Source: Bacteroides sp.
Lineage (GTDB): Bacteria > Bacteroidota > Bacteroidia > Bacteroidales > Muribaculaceae
Assembly (NCBI GenBank): GCA_014801485.1
Contig: JAAVEC010000019.1
Location: 2,176-66,175, forward strand
Direction of reading: 5' to 3'
DNA: 64,000 nt
Under the pieces are notes generated by a model, which saw only the letters and a program-made list of their open reading frames with translations, was not told the origin of the DNA and did no database searches. How positions within the stretch are numbered: position 1 is the stretch's first letter; every line of letters begins with the position of its first letter. The translations under genes and the position numbers were made by a program. Shown here piece after piece: positions 19,192-28,543 of this stretch.

Positions 19192-19430
19192 TCGCAATAA
19201 TCAAATTTCCTGATGCAAAATTACCACACAAAACCCACGACCGCAATACCCTAAACAAAGTATTTTGGTCGCCCTATAGCGCCGTCGCCATTCTCCACGC
19301 AGCGTATCCCCAGCCTCTCTAATCTTGCGGCGAGCTTCTTTTATCGTGGCACAGAAGCGAAATGTGGCAGCTTCTGCGGTATTCTCTGATAATTAATGTA
19401 CCTTTGTGTTCTTAATACTTAGGTCTGATT

Positions 19431-20210
19431 ATGTTAGGAGCAATTATAGGCGACATCGTGGGCTCGCCTTACGAATTCAACAACACCTCAAATCCTCGCT
19501 TTCCTCTCTTCGGAAAGGAAAGCGAATTCACCGACGACACCATCTGCACAATTGCAGTGGCTGATGCTCTCTTGACCGGGGAGAGCTTTGGCTCTGCTCT
19601 CCGGCGCTGGGGGCGCAAGTATCCCAACCCGAAGGGGGCCTATGGTGGGTCGTTCAATGCTTGGCTTCATGCCGTGAGCCCGATGCCCTACAACTCTTGG
19701 GGCAATGGAGCCGCCATGCGTGTGTCTCCTGTCGGTTGGGCTTTCAAGTCCGAAGCCGCGACGCTCCGCGCGGCCATCGCGTCGGCTGCTCCCACCCACA
19801 ACCATGTGGAGGGTCTTATCGGTGCTTCCGCAGTGGCTCGTGCCATCTATCTGCTTCGCACCACAGACAGCCCCTCGTTCCTCAATGGAGAGGTGGCAGC
19901 CCTTGTGGACGCTTCCTATGGCAAGGACTGGGCTAAGCACGTTCCTGCTCGCGGCGTCTTCGATGAGACGTGTCAGGGCTGTGTGCCCCTTGCGTTCCTC
20001 ATCTGCTCCGAGTCCGGTGGCTTTGAAGACGCCATTCGCCGGGCTGTCCTGTATGGTGGCGACTCTGACACTCTTGCTGCGATCGTAGGCTCGCTTGCCG
20101 AGGCTCGTTGGGGTATTCCGGAAGAAATCAAGGAGAAGTCTCTTGGATTGCTCCCTTCCGATATGCGTTCTGTTATCGATGAATTCTCTAACAAATTCGG
20201 CTATAAGTAG
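19431..20210 (+). CDS. ADP-ribosylglycohydrolase (DraG/ARH family)
   Basis: GAIIGDIVGSPYE, FTDDT, GNGAAMRVSP and GGDSDTLAAIVGSLAEA; TACCTTTG element just upstream. Confidence 0.93.
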   Translation: MLGAIIGDIVGSPYEFNNTSNPRFPLFGKESEFTDDTICTIAVADALLTGESFGSALRRWGRKYPNPKGAYGGSFNAWLHAVSPMPYNSWGNGAAMRVSPVGWAFKSEAATLRAAIASAAPTHNHVEGLIGASAVARAIYLLRTTDSPSFLNGEVAALVDASYGKDWAKHVPARGVFDETCQGCVPLAFLICSESGGFEDAIRRAVLYGGDSDTLAAIVGSLAEARWGIPEEIKEKSLGLLPSDMRSVIDEFSNKFGYK

Positions 20211-20321
20211 TAGCTTAGATAAATACTCAGCCGCGTTTCAAGCACGCCCGGATGCGTGAAATGTGACACTACGTTGCAGTACATGCCGGTGTCATCTCAA
20301 CCGCAATTGCCCGAAATGAAA

Positions 20322-20357
20322 AGAGGGGGAGCCCAGGCTCCTCCTCTCTCTGTTTTT
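20322..20357 (+). terminator. Terminator hairpin, possibly bidirectional
   Basis: Stem agagggggagcc / ggctcctcctct, flanked by an A run and a T run. Confidence 0.7.
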
Positions 20358-20470
20358 ATGGTTTGATTCGGTATAGATTATTCTCACTTTCCCCTTAGCT
20401 ACCGGCATTTATTTCCTACACCTCAGCGCGATGCATTTCATAATGGGGCGAGCTTCGGCCCGGGTGTAGG

Positions 20471-21742
20471 TCAGCTCCAGCGTTCGTTCTGGCGCTGGGC
20501 GAGAGTGTTTTCGGCGGGGTTGTCGCAGGGATGCCACAGCTTGGTGCCTCTAAGGGCGTCGGGGAGATACTGCTGCCGTACGAAGTTGCCCGGATAGTCG
20601 TGGGCGTAGAGATAGTTGTGGCCGTAGCCCATCTTCTTCATGAGCGTGGTGGGGGCATTGCGCAGGTGCAGTGGCACGGGCAGGTTGCCGCTCTTTTCCA
20701 CTTCGGCAAGGGCGGCGGCGATGCCCATGTAGGCCGAGTTGCTCTTTGCGCTCGTGGCCAGATACACAGTGCACTCGGCCAGCGGGATGCGGCCTTCGGG
20801 CATACCTATCTTCATCAGGGCGTCGAAAGTGGCGTTGGCCAGCAGCAGGGCATTGGGATTGGCGAGGCCTATGTCCTCGGCGGCGAGTATGATAAGGCGT
20901 CGGGCGATGAATTCGGGGTCTTCGCCGCCGGCTATCATTCGGGCGAGCCAGTAGAGGGCGGCATTAGGGTCGGAGCCGCGCACGCTCTTGATGAAAGCCG
21001 ATATTATATCGTAGTGCATCTCGCCCCCCTTGTCGTAGGCCTGCGGATTCTGCTGCAGGTTTTCCGTTACGGTTTTATCGTTGATCACCAGCGGGCGACC
21101 TGCCGGGGTGGCCTGATCGAGCAGTTCCAGGATGTTCAGGAGCTTGCGGGCATCGCCACCGGCAAAGCGGAAAAGAGCGGTGGTCTCGTCCACCTTGACG
21201 TCGCGACCTGATAGCACCTCGTCGTGGGCCAGCGTGTGGTCCAGCAGCTGCCGGAGCTCGTTCTCGTCGAGGGGTTTGAGGGTGTAGACCTGCGCGCGCG
21301 ACAGCAACGGACGTATCACTTCAAAGGAAGGATTCTCCGTGGTGGCGCCGATGAGCGTGACCACGCCTTTCTCCACGGCGCCCAGCAGGCTGTCTTGCTG
21401 GCTCTTGCTGAAGCGATGGATTTCGTCGATAAACAGGATAGGACGCCCCTTGGAGAACATGCTCTCGCTCTCGCGGCGGCACTGCTCGATCACCTCGCGC
21501 ACGTCTTTCACGCCCGATGTCACGGCCGAGAGCGTGTGGAACGTGCTTTCGGAGGCTTTGGCTATGATGCGGGCAAGCGTGGTCTTGCCCACTCCGGGAG
21601 GACCCCACAGGATGAATGAGGCGGGGCGCCCCGATTCGATCATGCGGCGAAGTACACCGTTGGGTCCCACGAGGTGGGTTTGTCCCACGTAGTCGTCGAG
21701 AGTGGAGGGGCGCATTCGTTCGGCCAATGGTGGTAGTGACAT
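20471..21742 (-). CDS. rarA: Replication-associated recombination protein A (AAA+ ATPase)
   Basis: PLAERMRP, GPPGVGKTT, FIDEIHRF, GATTENPSF and ISAFIKSVRGSD; start reassigned to MSLPPLAE. Confidence 0.95.
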   Translation of the reverse strand: MSLPPLAERMRPSTLDDYVGQTHLVGPNGVLRRMIESGRPASFILWGPPGVGKTTLARIIAKASESTFHTLSAVTSGVKDVREVIEQCRRESESMFSKGRPILFIDEIHRFSKSQQDSLLGAVEKGVVTLIGATTENPSFEVIRPLLSRAQVYTLKPLDENELRQLLDHTLAHDEVLSGRDVKVDETTALFRFAGGDARKLLNILELLDQATPAGRPLVINDKTVTENLQQNPQAYDKGGEMHYDIISAFIKSVRGSDPNAALYWLARMIAGGEDPEFIARRLIILAAEDIGLANPNALLLANATFDALMKIGMPEGRIPLAECTVYLATSAKSNSAYMGIAAALAEVEKSGNLPVPLHLRNAPTTLMKKMGYGHNYLYAHDYPGNFVRQQYLPDALRGTKLWHPCDNPAENTLAQRQNERWS

Positions 21743-21830
21743 AGCGTGCGGTGCTGGGTTGATTGTGATAATATATAATATAATAGGTGTACCGGTATTG
21801 CACCGGCACACCTATTTATGTGGATTCTGA

Positions 21831-23453
21831 TTATTCGCCCAGGAGGGTCTTGACGGCGTTCATCTTGTCGGCATATTCGGCAGCCTTATCCTTGTCGTGG
21901 GCCACGTTGCCGTAGTACACGTAGAGGAGCATGTAGGCTTCCTTGTAGAGTCCCAGCTGGTTGGCGCTGTTGGCAGCGTCCATGTTGGCGGGATCCTGGT
22001 CGAGGAGCTCGACCACCTTCAGGTAGGCATTCGCTGCCTGCTCGTCCATGGTGTTGCCTTCGTTGCGTGCCATGGAGAGACGGCCCAGGCGCTGATAGAG
22101 GGCAGCCTGAGGCTCGGCACCGGCGATGGCCTTGTTCACGTATTCGAGGCCGCGGTTGCCGCAGAGGGCGCGCTGCTCGTTGTTGTCGCCGGCGGTAGCG
22201 GCTGCGTTGAGGTAGCGGCCGGAGGCGGTGAAGTAGTCGTTGAGGCTGGGAGCTTCGAGCGTCTGGATATAGGCGTCGTAGGCCTCGGCGGCCTTCACGT
22301 AGTCCTTGTTGTTGGTGTAGACGCTGCTGAGCTGCTTGAGCAGTTCGCCGTTGTCGGGGAATTTCTTCACGGCGGTTTCATACTGTACCACAGCCAGCGA
22401 GTCCTGGCCGATACCGGTGAGGGCCTCGGCATACATCACGTAGTCGTTGGTGTTGATCAGGGGGTTGCCGTTGTTCTTGGCGAAGAAATCTGCGGCAGCC
22501 TTTGCGCCCTCGGCGTGGTTCTCCATCTTGATGAGGTCGATGAAGCGCATGCGCTGTGCCTGGAAATTGGTGGGATCCTGAGCGAGCACCTCATTGGCCA
22601 CGCGCAGCGAGTTGGGATAATCCTCACCCCAGTAGAGGAGCACAGAGTAGCGTGCCTTGTCTTCGGGGAAGTGGTTGGGGTTCTGGATATACTGGCCGTA
22701 GAGGTCGGAGGCCTTTTTCCAGTGGTTGCCGCGGAAGTACTTCTCGGCGAGCTCGCGCTGGGCCAGTGCGGAATTGGGGGTGCGGTTCAGCAGTTCCTCA
22801 AGCTTCTGGATGGCAAAGTTGGGGTTCACGTTGAAGTAGGCGTTGGCATATTTCACGTAGCCTTCGGGATTGTCTTCCTCGAAGGTGATGGCCTGCTCAT
22901 ACTTGCCTGCGGCGGTACCCCAGTCCTGCTGTGCGGTGGCCATGTCGCCCTCAAGGATGTAGATCGAGGGCTCCTGGTTCTTGGAATCCTTGTGGGCCTT
23001 GTCGAGCTGTTTCTGAATCAGTTCTGCGAAAGCCACGGGATCGGCGTTATAGTAGGCGCGGGCGATATCCACGGTGATTTCGCTGTTTTTCTTTGCCAGT
23101 TTCTGAGCGTTCTTGAACTGTGCTTCGGCAGCGGCTTTGTTGCCGGCCAGGAGGTCGAGCGCACCGAGGCCCACGTAGTTGTAGGGATTCTCGGCGTTGG
23201 CGGCCACGCCCTGGTCGAAATACTTCTTGGCAGCGGCCTTGTCGCCTTTGGCGAGCTCGGTCTGTCCCAGATAGTAGCATGCTGTGGCCTTGTCGGTGGA
23301 TGCGTCGTTCATGGTGCGCTCCAGGATGGTCTTGGCGTTGTCGTACTGGCCGGCCTTGTAGTATTCGATACCGTCCATGTAGCCTTGACTTTGTGCGCCT
23401 GCCGCCAGCGTGCCGGCGAGGAGCATAGAGAGGATAGCTTTGATTTTCATCAT
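21831..23453 (-). CDS. Periplasmic tetratricopeptide-repeat protein
   Basis: Signal peptide; repeated helical TPR patterns (YYLGQ…AKKYF…NPYNYVGLG). Confidence 0.85.
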   Translation of the reverse strand: MMKIKAILSMLLAGTLAAGAQSQGYMDGIEYYKAGQYDNAKTILERTMNDASTDKATACYYLGQTELAKGDKAAAKKYFDQGVAANAENPYNYVGLGALDLLAGNKAAAEAQFKNAQKLAKKNSEITVDIARAYYNADPVAFAELIQKQLDKAHKDSKNQEPSIYILEGDMATAQQDWGTAAGKYEQAITFEEDNPEGYVKYANAYFNVNPNFAIQKLEELLNRTPNSALAQRELAEKYFRGNHWKKASDLYGQYIQNPNHFPEDKARYSVLLYWGEDYPNSLRVANEVLAQDPTNFQAQRMRFIDLIKMENHAEGAKAAADFFAKNNGNPLINTNDYVMYAEALTGIGQDSLAVVQYETAVKKFPDNGELLKQLSSVYTNNKDYVKAAEAYDAYIQTLEAPSLNDYFTASGRYLNAAATAGDNNEQRALCGNRGLEYVNKAIAGAEPQAALYQRLGRLSMARNEGNTMDEQAANAYLKVVELLDQDPANMDAANSANQLGLYKEAYMLLYVYYGNVAHDKDKAAEYADKMNAVKTLLGE

Positions 23454-23504
23454 TAATGTGATATGATTTGTGTTGTATTATTCAGGTTCGGGAATTTCTT
23501 GTGA

Positions 23505-24494
23505 TCAGTCTTCGCCCAGCTGCACCACCTGGATGCGGGTGCGGGCGGGTAGAATACCGGTCTTCATGATGATTTTCTGGCCTGTCTCGCCTGTCACGAA
23601 GCTGTAGAAGCCGCTTGCGAGGCTGCCGCTCACGCCGGTGGTGACCATGTAGATCTGGCGGAATAGCGGATAGGTGCCGTCGAAGATGTTCTGCTGGTAG
23701 GGCTTGTAGGCCGTTACTTCATCGTTTCGGCGAATCTTCAGCACCTTGATATCGTCGCTCAGGGTGGCGCCCATCACGGGCTCATCGCTCAGCATCTGCA
23801 CGGCCAGGGAATCGGGACTGATGTCGGCTCCGGCCATGTCGGAGGTGATCCAGCTCACACCCAGCACGCCTATGGCGTTGCGGTTTTTCTTCACGGCGTC
23901 AAATACCTTGGGCACGCTGCCCTGAGCATAGACGTTGGGGCCCAGCTCGCCACCGTTGAGCAGCGAGTCGCGCATATAGCTCACGAGGCTTGAGCCTTTG
24001 TCGTCGAATATCACGGCTATTTCGCCCAGCTTGCTGGGCTCCAGGTCGTTCCATTGGCGGCTGCTGCCACTGAGGATGTCGGCCACTTCGCCCACGGTGA
24101 GCATTTCGATGGGGTTCTCCTTATTGACGATGAGAGCCACGGCGTCCACGGCAATCTTGGCGCTCTTCACCACCTTCTTCTTGCTGCGCAGCACGCGCTT
24201 CTCCTGATCGGTGAGGTCGCGGGCAATAACGATAGTCTTGGTGTTGAGGCTCATGAGCGAGTCAATGGCCACGCTCTGCGGCTCGTAGCGGGCCAGGATA
24301 TGGGCCTCGGGATACTGATACTCAAACACATCGATCTCCTGCTGGAGGATGTTCTGGAACGACGCATCACACACCATAGTGGTGGTGCCGGTGGTGGAGG
24401 AATTGGCCTTTTTTTCGTATTTCAAACACGAAACGGCGCCTGTGCTCATCACGAGAGCACAGGCGGCCATGAGTATGTTGCGGTAGAGTTTCAT
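23505..24494 (-). CDS. PstS-like (PBP_like) substrate-binding lipoprotein
   Basis: Lipobox AVSC; IAVDAVALIVNKENP, AIGVLGVSW and YPLFRQIY motifs. Confidence 0.85.
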   Translation of the reverse strand: MKLYRNILMAACALVMSTGAVSCLKYEKKANSSTTGTTTMVCDASFQNILQQEIDVFEYQYPEAHILARYEPQSVAIDSLMSLNTKTIVIARDLTDQEKRVLRSKKKVVKSAKIAVDAVALIVNKENPIEMLTVGEVADILSGSSRQWNDLEPSKLGEIAVIFDDKGSSLVSYMRDSLLNGGELGPNVYAQGSVPKVFDAVKKNRNAIGVLGVSWITSDMAGADISPDSLAVQMLSDEPVMGATLSDDIKVLKIRRNDEVTAYKPYQQNIFDGTYPLFRQIYMVTTGVSGSLASGFYSFVTGETGQKIIMKTGILPARTRIQVVQLGED

Positions 24495-24497
24495 GCG

Positions 24498-24761
24498 TCA
24501 ATAGCTTGTGTCAATGCCTTTTATCTGCCTGTAGGCTCGCCAGATGCCGTAGATCACGAGCATCACGCCCACGACGTAGCGGGTCCATGCCCAGTCGCCT
24601 GACCATCCGAAGTAGTTGATGAGCAGAAGCACGCCCATGCCCACGTAGACGATGATCATGATGATACCGAAGATGTTGCGCATCACGGCGGGGGTGCCGG
24701 TGCCGGAAGTGCGCTCGCGGGCGTTATCGTTTTCGCTGTTTTTGTAGTCGTATTCGTTCAT
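24498..24761 (-). CDS. Small two-helix membrane protein
   Basis: FGIIMIIVYVGMGVLLL…VGVMLVIYGIWRAYR; first gene of the operon, 3 nt before the PstS-like gene. Confidence 0.8.
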   Translation of the reverse strand: MNEYDYKNSENDNARERTSGTGTPAVMRNIFGIIMIIVYVGMGVLLLINYFGWSGDWAWTRYVVGVMLVIYGIWRAYRQIKGIDTSY

Positions 24762-25058
24762 AGTGCTTGAATTTTGATAGTTTAAAACGTGTATATTCTA
24801 AACATATCTCACGGGCATTTGGTTCGCTACGGCACGGAGTTTTTGTCCATGCCGTAAAGTTAGCTATAAAACGCGAGAAAACGGCGCTGCGACACAAAAA
24901 AACGCATTGCTTCCCCTCTTTTTTAATTATTTTTCACGCAAGAGCCGTCGCCGGCTCAGGCTTATCGCTGCTCGGCGCAGAAGATTACCTGCTAAGCAGG
25001 CACGGGTAATCGGCGGAGCGAGGAAGCAGTGGTAAATGGACGTCGTTCAAGAAACGCT

Positions 25059-26027
25059 CTATTCCAGGCGGCAGCCGGGGGCGAGGCGCGCCCCGCGCAG
25101 ATAGTCGGCGGCGTCCATGCGCTTGCGTCCGGCGGGTCGCACGCTCAGGATTTCAAGCACGCCGCCGTCGCCGCAGGCCACGGCCATTCGGCGCTCGTCC
25201 GGCAGCAGGGAGCCGGGTGGCAGGGTGCTGGTGTCGGTGGTGCGACGGGTGGCGAATATCATCATCTCGGTGTCTTTGCCATCGGTCTCGTGCAGCACGG
25301 TCCAGGCGGCAGGGTGGGGCGAGAGGCCGCGCACGTGGTTGTGGATAGCGGCTGCAGTGGCGGTCCAGTCTATGCGGCAGGTGTCTTTGAATATCTTGGG
25401 CGCGGGAGTGGGTTCCTCGCCCTGAAGCAAGCGGTCCTGCGGCACGGGTTCAAGGTCGCCGGCCACGATGTGGGCTATGGTGTCGAGGGTCACGTCGGCT
25501 CCCAGGTGCATCAGGCGGTCGTGCACGCTGCCGGCGTCTTCATCCGGCCCCACTTCGATGCGCTCCTGACGCAGGATGTCGCCGGTGTCGATTTCCTGCT
25601 TGAGGAAGAAGGTGGTGACACCGGTCTCGCTGTCGCCGTTCATCACGGCCCGGTTGATGGGGGCTGCTCCACGGTAGCGCGGCAGCAGCGAGGCGTGCAG
25701 GTTGAACGTGCCCAGCTCCGGCATGGCCCACACCACCTCCGGAAGCATCCTGAAGGCTATCACCACGAAGAGATTGGCGCGCAGCGAGCGAAGCTCCTCA
25801 ACGAACTCCGGCGCCTTGAGCTTCTCGGGCTGCATCAGGTGCAGCCCGTGCTCCACGGCATACTGCTTTACGGCCGATTGGATAAGCTTGTGGCCACGGC
25901 CGGCCACTTTGTCGGGCATGGTCACTACGCCCACCACGTTGTAGCCCTCATCCACGATGCGGCTGAGGCTTTCCACGGCAAATTCCGGGGTGCCGAGAAA
26001 TACTATGCGCAGGTCTTCCTTTTTCAT
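25059..26027 (-). CDS. fmt: Methionyl-tRNA formyltransferase
   Basis: IVFLGTPEFAV, NLHASLLPRYRGAAPIN and APKI motifs. Confidence 0.97.
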   Translation of the reverse strand: MKKEDLRIVFLGTPEFAVESLSRIVDEGYNVVGVVTMPDKVAGRGHKLIQSAVKQYAVEHGLHLMQPEKLKAPEFVEELRSLRANLFVVIAFRMLPEVVWAMPELGTFNLHASLLPRYRGAAPINRAVMNGDSETGVTTFFLKQEIDTGDILRQERIEVGPDEDAGSVHDRLMHLGADVTLDTIAHIVAGDLEPVPQDRLLQGEEPTPAPKIFKDTCRIDWTATAAAIHNHVRGLSPHPAAWTVLHETDGKDTEMMIFATRRTTDTSTLPPGSLLPDERRMAVACGDGGVLEILSVRPAGRKRMDAADYLRGARLAPGCRLE

Positions 26028-26746
26028 TCCTGAGTGTCGCTTGAGTTCATGTCGAAGGCTTTGATACCTATGGAGTTGTTGCTCACTTTGCCGGGGTTGC
26101 CGGTGTAGAATACCTTACCGCTGCCGGCGCCCAGAATGCGCAGGCGCTGCGTGGCGCAGCAGTCGATGGAGCCGGTGCCGGTGACGATGCACTTCACTTC
26201 CTTGGCTTCGAGATTGCCGGCTTCAATGCTTCCGGTGCCGATGTTGTTGAGCGACAGCGACGCTGCGCGTCCCGAGAGCACCAGGTGGCCGTTGCCGGTG
26301 GATATGCGTGCGCCCACGCTGCTGGCATATATGCCCTTGACGATGAGCTCGCCGTTGCCCACCACCACGGCACTGAATTTGGTGAGGGGGCCGTCGAGGA
26401 GCACGGTGAGTGTGCTGTCGCCGGAGTTTTCCACCTTGGCCAGGGCGGCCGAGCGCACGTGCACCGTGGGCAGCCCCGCAGGCGTACCATCCTCGTCGGT
26501 AGCGAGCTGCACCTTAAGGCGATTTTTGCCGCTCTCGAATATAAGCTTGTCGGCCATCTCGGGCGTGCATTCATAGGTGATGATGCCGGCGGAGTCGGTG
26601 CTGGTGTGGTACACCACGTTGATGCCGTCGGTCACCTGAAGGTTGGAGAAGTCTTCGAGTTTCAGCGAATACTGCTGAGTCTCGGCTGCCGCCGTGGCCG
26701 CGGTCAGGGCCATGAGGGCCGTAAACAGTAGGTTGCGCAGTTTCAT
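26024..26746 (-). CDS. DUF2807 (head GIN domain) beta-helix secreted protein
   Basis: Signal peptide; GxG repeats (GDS, GNG, GTG, GSGKVFYTGNP). Confidence 0.8.
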   Translation of the reverse strand: MKLRNLLFTALMALTAATAAAETQQYSLKLEDFSNLQVTDGINVVYHTSTDSAGIITYECTPEMADKLIFESGKNRLKVQLATDEDGTPAGLPTVHVRSAALAKVENSGDSTLTVLLDGPLTKFSAVVVGNGELIVKGIYASSVGARISTGNGHLVLSGRAASLSLNNIGTGSIEAGNLEAKEVKCIVTGTGSIDCCATQRLRILGAGSGKVFYTGNPGKVSNNSIGIKAFDMNSSDTQE

Positions 26747-26750
26747 AGGG

Positions 26751-27542
26751 TCAGATGTTGGATGCTTTGCCGCGGCCGTCGATGCGTCCGCTCACGGTTT
26801 TGATATTTGCGGTGGCGGTGTTGTAGCGTATCGCGCCGGAGCCCGATACGGATATGCTCAGCGAGCCCGAGCCGAGCTCGGTGGCGTTGAGCGAGCCGCT
26901 GCCGCGCAGTGCCAGCGACGACTTATCGGCGTGGCCGGCCACACTGGCGCGGCCGCTGCCGCACAGGGTACAGTTGAAGGCAGTAGCGTCGAGGGCGTCC
27001 ACTTTCATGGAGCCGCTGCCGGTGACGGATGTGCTCACGTTGCGCGCCTTCACGGCATCGAGCAGCATGGAGCCGCTGCCTGTGAGGCTGGCCGTGAGGT
27101 TGAGGCAATGAGGGGCCATCAGCTTCACACTGCCGCTGCCGGTCGCTACCACGGTGAGCTCAGTAGAGATGTTGACCCCCGTGGCCTTCACGCTGCCGCT
27201 GCCCGTGAGATTGATCTGGCGCAGGTCGCGCCCGCAGTACACCACCACGCTCTGCACCTCCGTGGCGTAGTTGAGGAGAGGACTTTCGGCCTTGTAGCTG
27301 ATGCTCAGCGTGCCGTCGGTGCACGTCACCGCCACGCCGGGCAGAGCCCGCTCCGAGGCATATATGTTGACGCGTCCGGCCGAGTCGGGGAACTGGCGCA
27401 GCTCCACGGGGAGCGAACCCACGACACTGAGCGCCGAGAACGTTCCGGCGCGCATCGAGCGCTCGGAGGCTGTGGCCGTCACGCACGAGGTGTGGGCGGC
27501 AAGGGCCAGAAAAGCTAATAACGATAGGAGTAGGGATTTCAT
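26751..27542 (-). CDS. DUF2807 (head GIN domain) beta-helix protein, probable lipoprotein
   Basis: True start MKSLLLSLL…TSC at 27542 overlaps the dusB stop (TAATG); about seven xGSGS repeats. Confidence 0.82.
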   Translation of the reverse strand: MKSLLLSLLAFLALAAHTSCVTATASERSMRAGTFSALSVVGSLPVELRQFPDSAGRVNIYASERALPGVAVTCTDGTLSISYKAESPLLNYATEVQSVVVYCGRDLRQINLTGSGSVKATGVNISTELTVVATGSGSVKLMAPHCLNLTASLTGSGSMLLDAVKARNVSTSVTGSGSMKVDALDATAFNCTLCGSGRASVAGHADKSSLALRGSGSLNATELGSGSLSISVSGSGAIRYNTATANIKTVSGRIDGRGKASNI

Positions 27543-28543
27543 TACTGTAGGGTAGGGAGTATGTTGAGTTCTATATTTTTCAGCACGTCTTCGAGCGCCT
27601 CCGGCGTGGGCGCCTGGAGCATGGCTATGCGGGTGGCGCGGAAGTCGGGAATGCCCTTGAACAGCGGCGACGCGGCCAGATGGCGCCTGATGTGCAGTAT
27701 TCCCCGGTAGCCGTCGATGCGCTCGATGCTCTCGGCTATCTGGCGGCGCAGCAGCCCCAGCTTTTCCACCGCGCTCAGGGCCGGCGGCAGCGGGTGGCCG
27801 GCATCGGCTGCCATGGCGCGGCGGATATCGCGAAACACCCAGGGAGCGCCTATCGACGCGCGGCCCACCATGATACCGTCCACGCCATAGCGGCGGAAGG
27901 CTTCCACGGCTTGCTCGCCGGTGGTGATGTCGCCGTTGCCTATCACGGGAATCGTGAGGCGCGGGTTTTCCTTCACGCGGGCGATCATTTCCCAGTCGGC
28001 CGTGCCGGTATACATCTGCGAGCGGGTGCGTCCGTGCACCGTGAGGGCTGCGATGCCGCAGTCCTGCAGTTGCTCGGCCAGGTCTACGATGATGCGCGAG
28101 TCGTGGTCCCAGCCCAGGCGCGTCTTCACCGTCACCGGCAGCTTCACGGCCTTGACCACGGCGCGTGTGATTTCGAGCATCTTGGGCACGTCGCGCAGCA
28201 TACCCGCACCCGCGCCCTTGCCGGCCACTTTCTTTACCGGGCAGCCGAAGTTGATGTCGATTATATCCGGAGCCGCTTCCTCCACGATACGGGCGGCCTC
28301 CACCATGGGTTCCACCTCCCGGCCATATATCTGGATAGCCGTGGGGCGCTCGGCCGGATGAATCTCCAGCTTGCGCGTGGTGGCTGCGATATTGCGGATG
28401 AGAGCGTCGGCCGATACGAATTCCGAGTAGGTCATGTCGGCACCCATTTCCTTGCATATCAGGCGGAATGATGCATCGGTGACGTCTTCCATCGGCGCCA
28501 GTGCCACGGGGCGCTCGCCCAGGTCGAGATTGCCTATTCGCAT
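27542..28543 (-). CDS. dusB: tRNA dihydrouridine synthase B
   Basis: LAPMEDVTD, DINFGCPVKKV, TVKTRLGWD, VHGRT and GNGDI; start reassigned to MRIGNL. Confidence 0.95.
   Translation of the reverse strand: MRIGNLDLGERPVALAPMEDVTDASFRLICKEMGADMTYSEFVSADALIRNIAATTRKLEIHPAERPTAIQIYGREVEPMVEAARIVEEAAPDIIDINFGCPVKKVAGKGAGAGMLRDVPKMLEITRAVVKAVKLPVTVKTRLGWDHDSRIIVDLAEQLQDCGIAALTVHGRTRSQMYTGTADWEMIARVKENPRLTIPVIGNGDITTGEQAVEAFRRYGVDGIMVGRASIGAPWVFRDIRRAMAADAGHPLPPALSAVEKLGLLRRQIAESIERIDGYRGILHIRRHLAASPLFKGIPDFRATRIAMLQAPTPEALEDVLKNIELNILPTLQ

Noticed and set aside
20220-20470. Several short hairpins after the ADP-ribosylglycohydrolase that might be an ncRNA
   Set aside because: No recognisable tRNA, riboswitch or Rfam pattern; explainable as convergent 3' UTR structures.
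24940-25058. Nested imperfect hairpin downstream of fmt
   Set aside because: No promoter or known RNA motif; most simply a 3' end structure.
26751-28457. 568-aa ORF suggesting a large fusion protein overlapping dusB
   Set aside because: The N-terminal ~300 aa is an Arg/Gly-rich alternate frame of dusB; the real gene starts at 27542 with a signal peptide.
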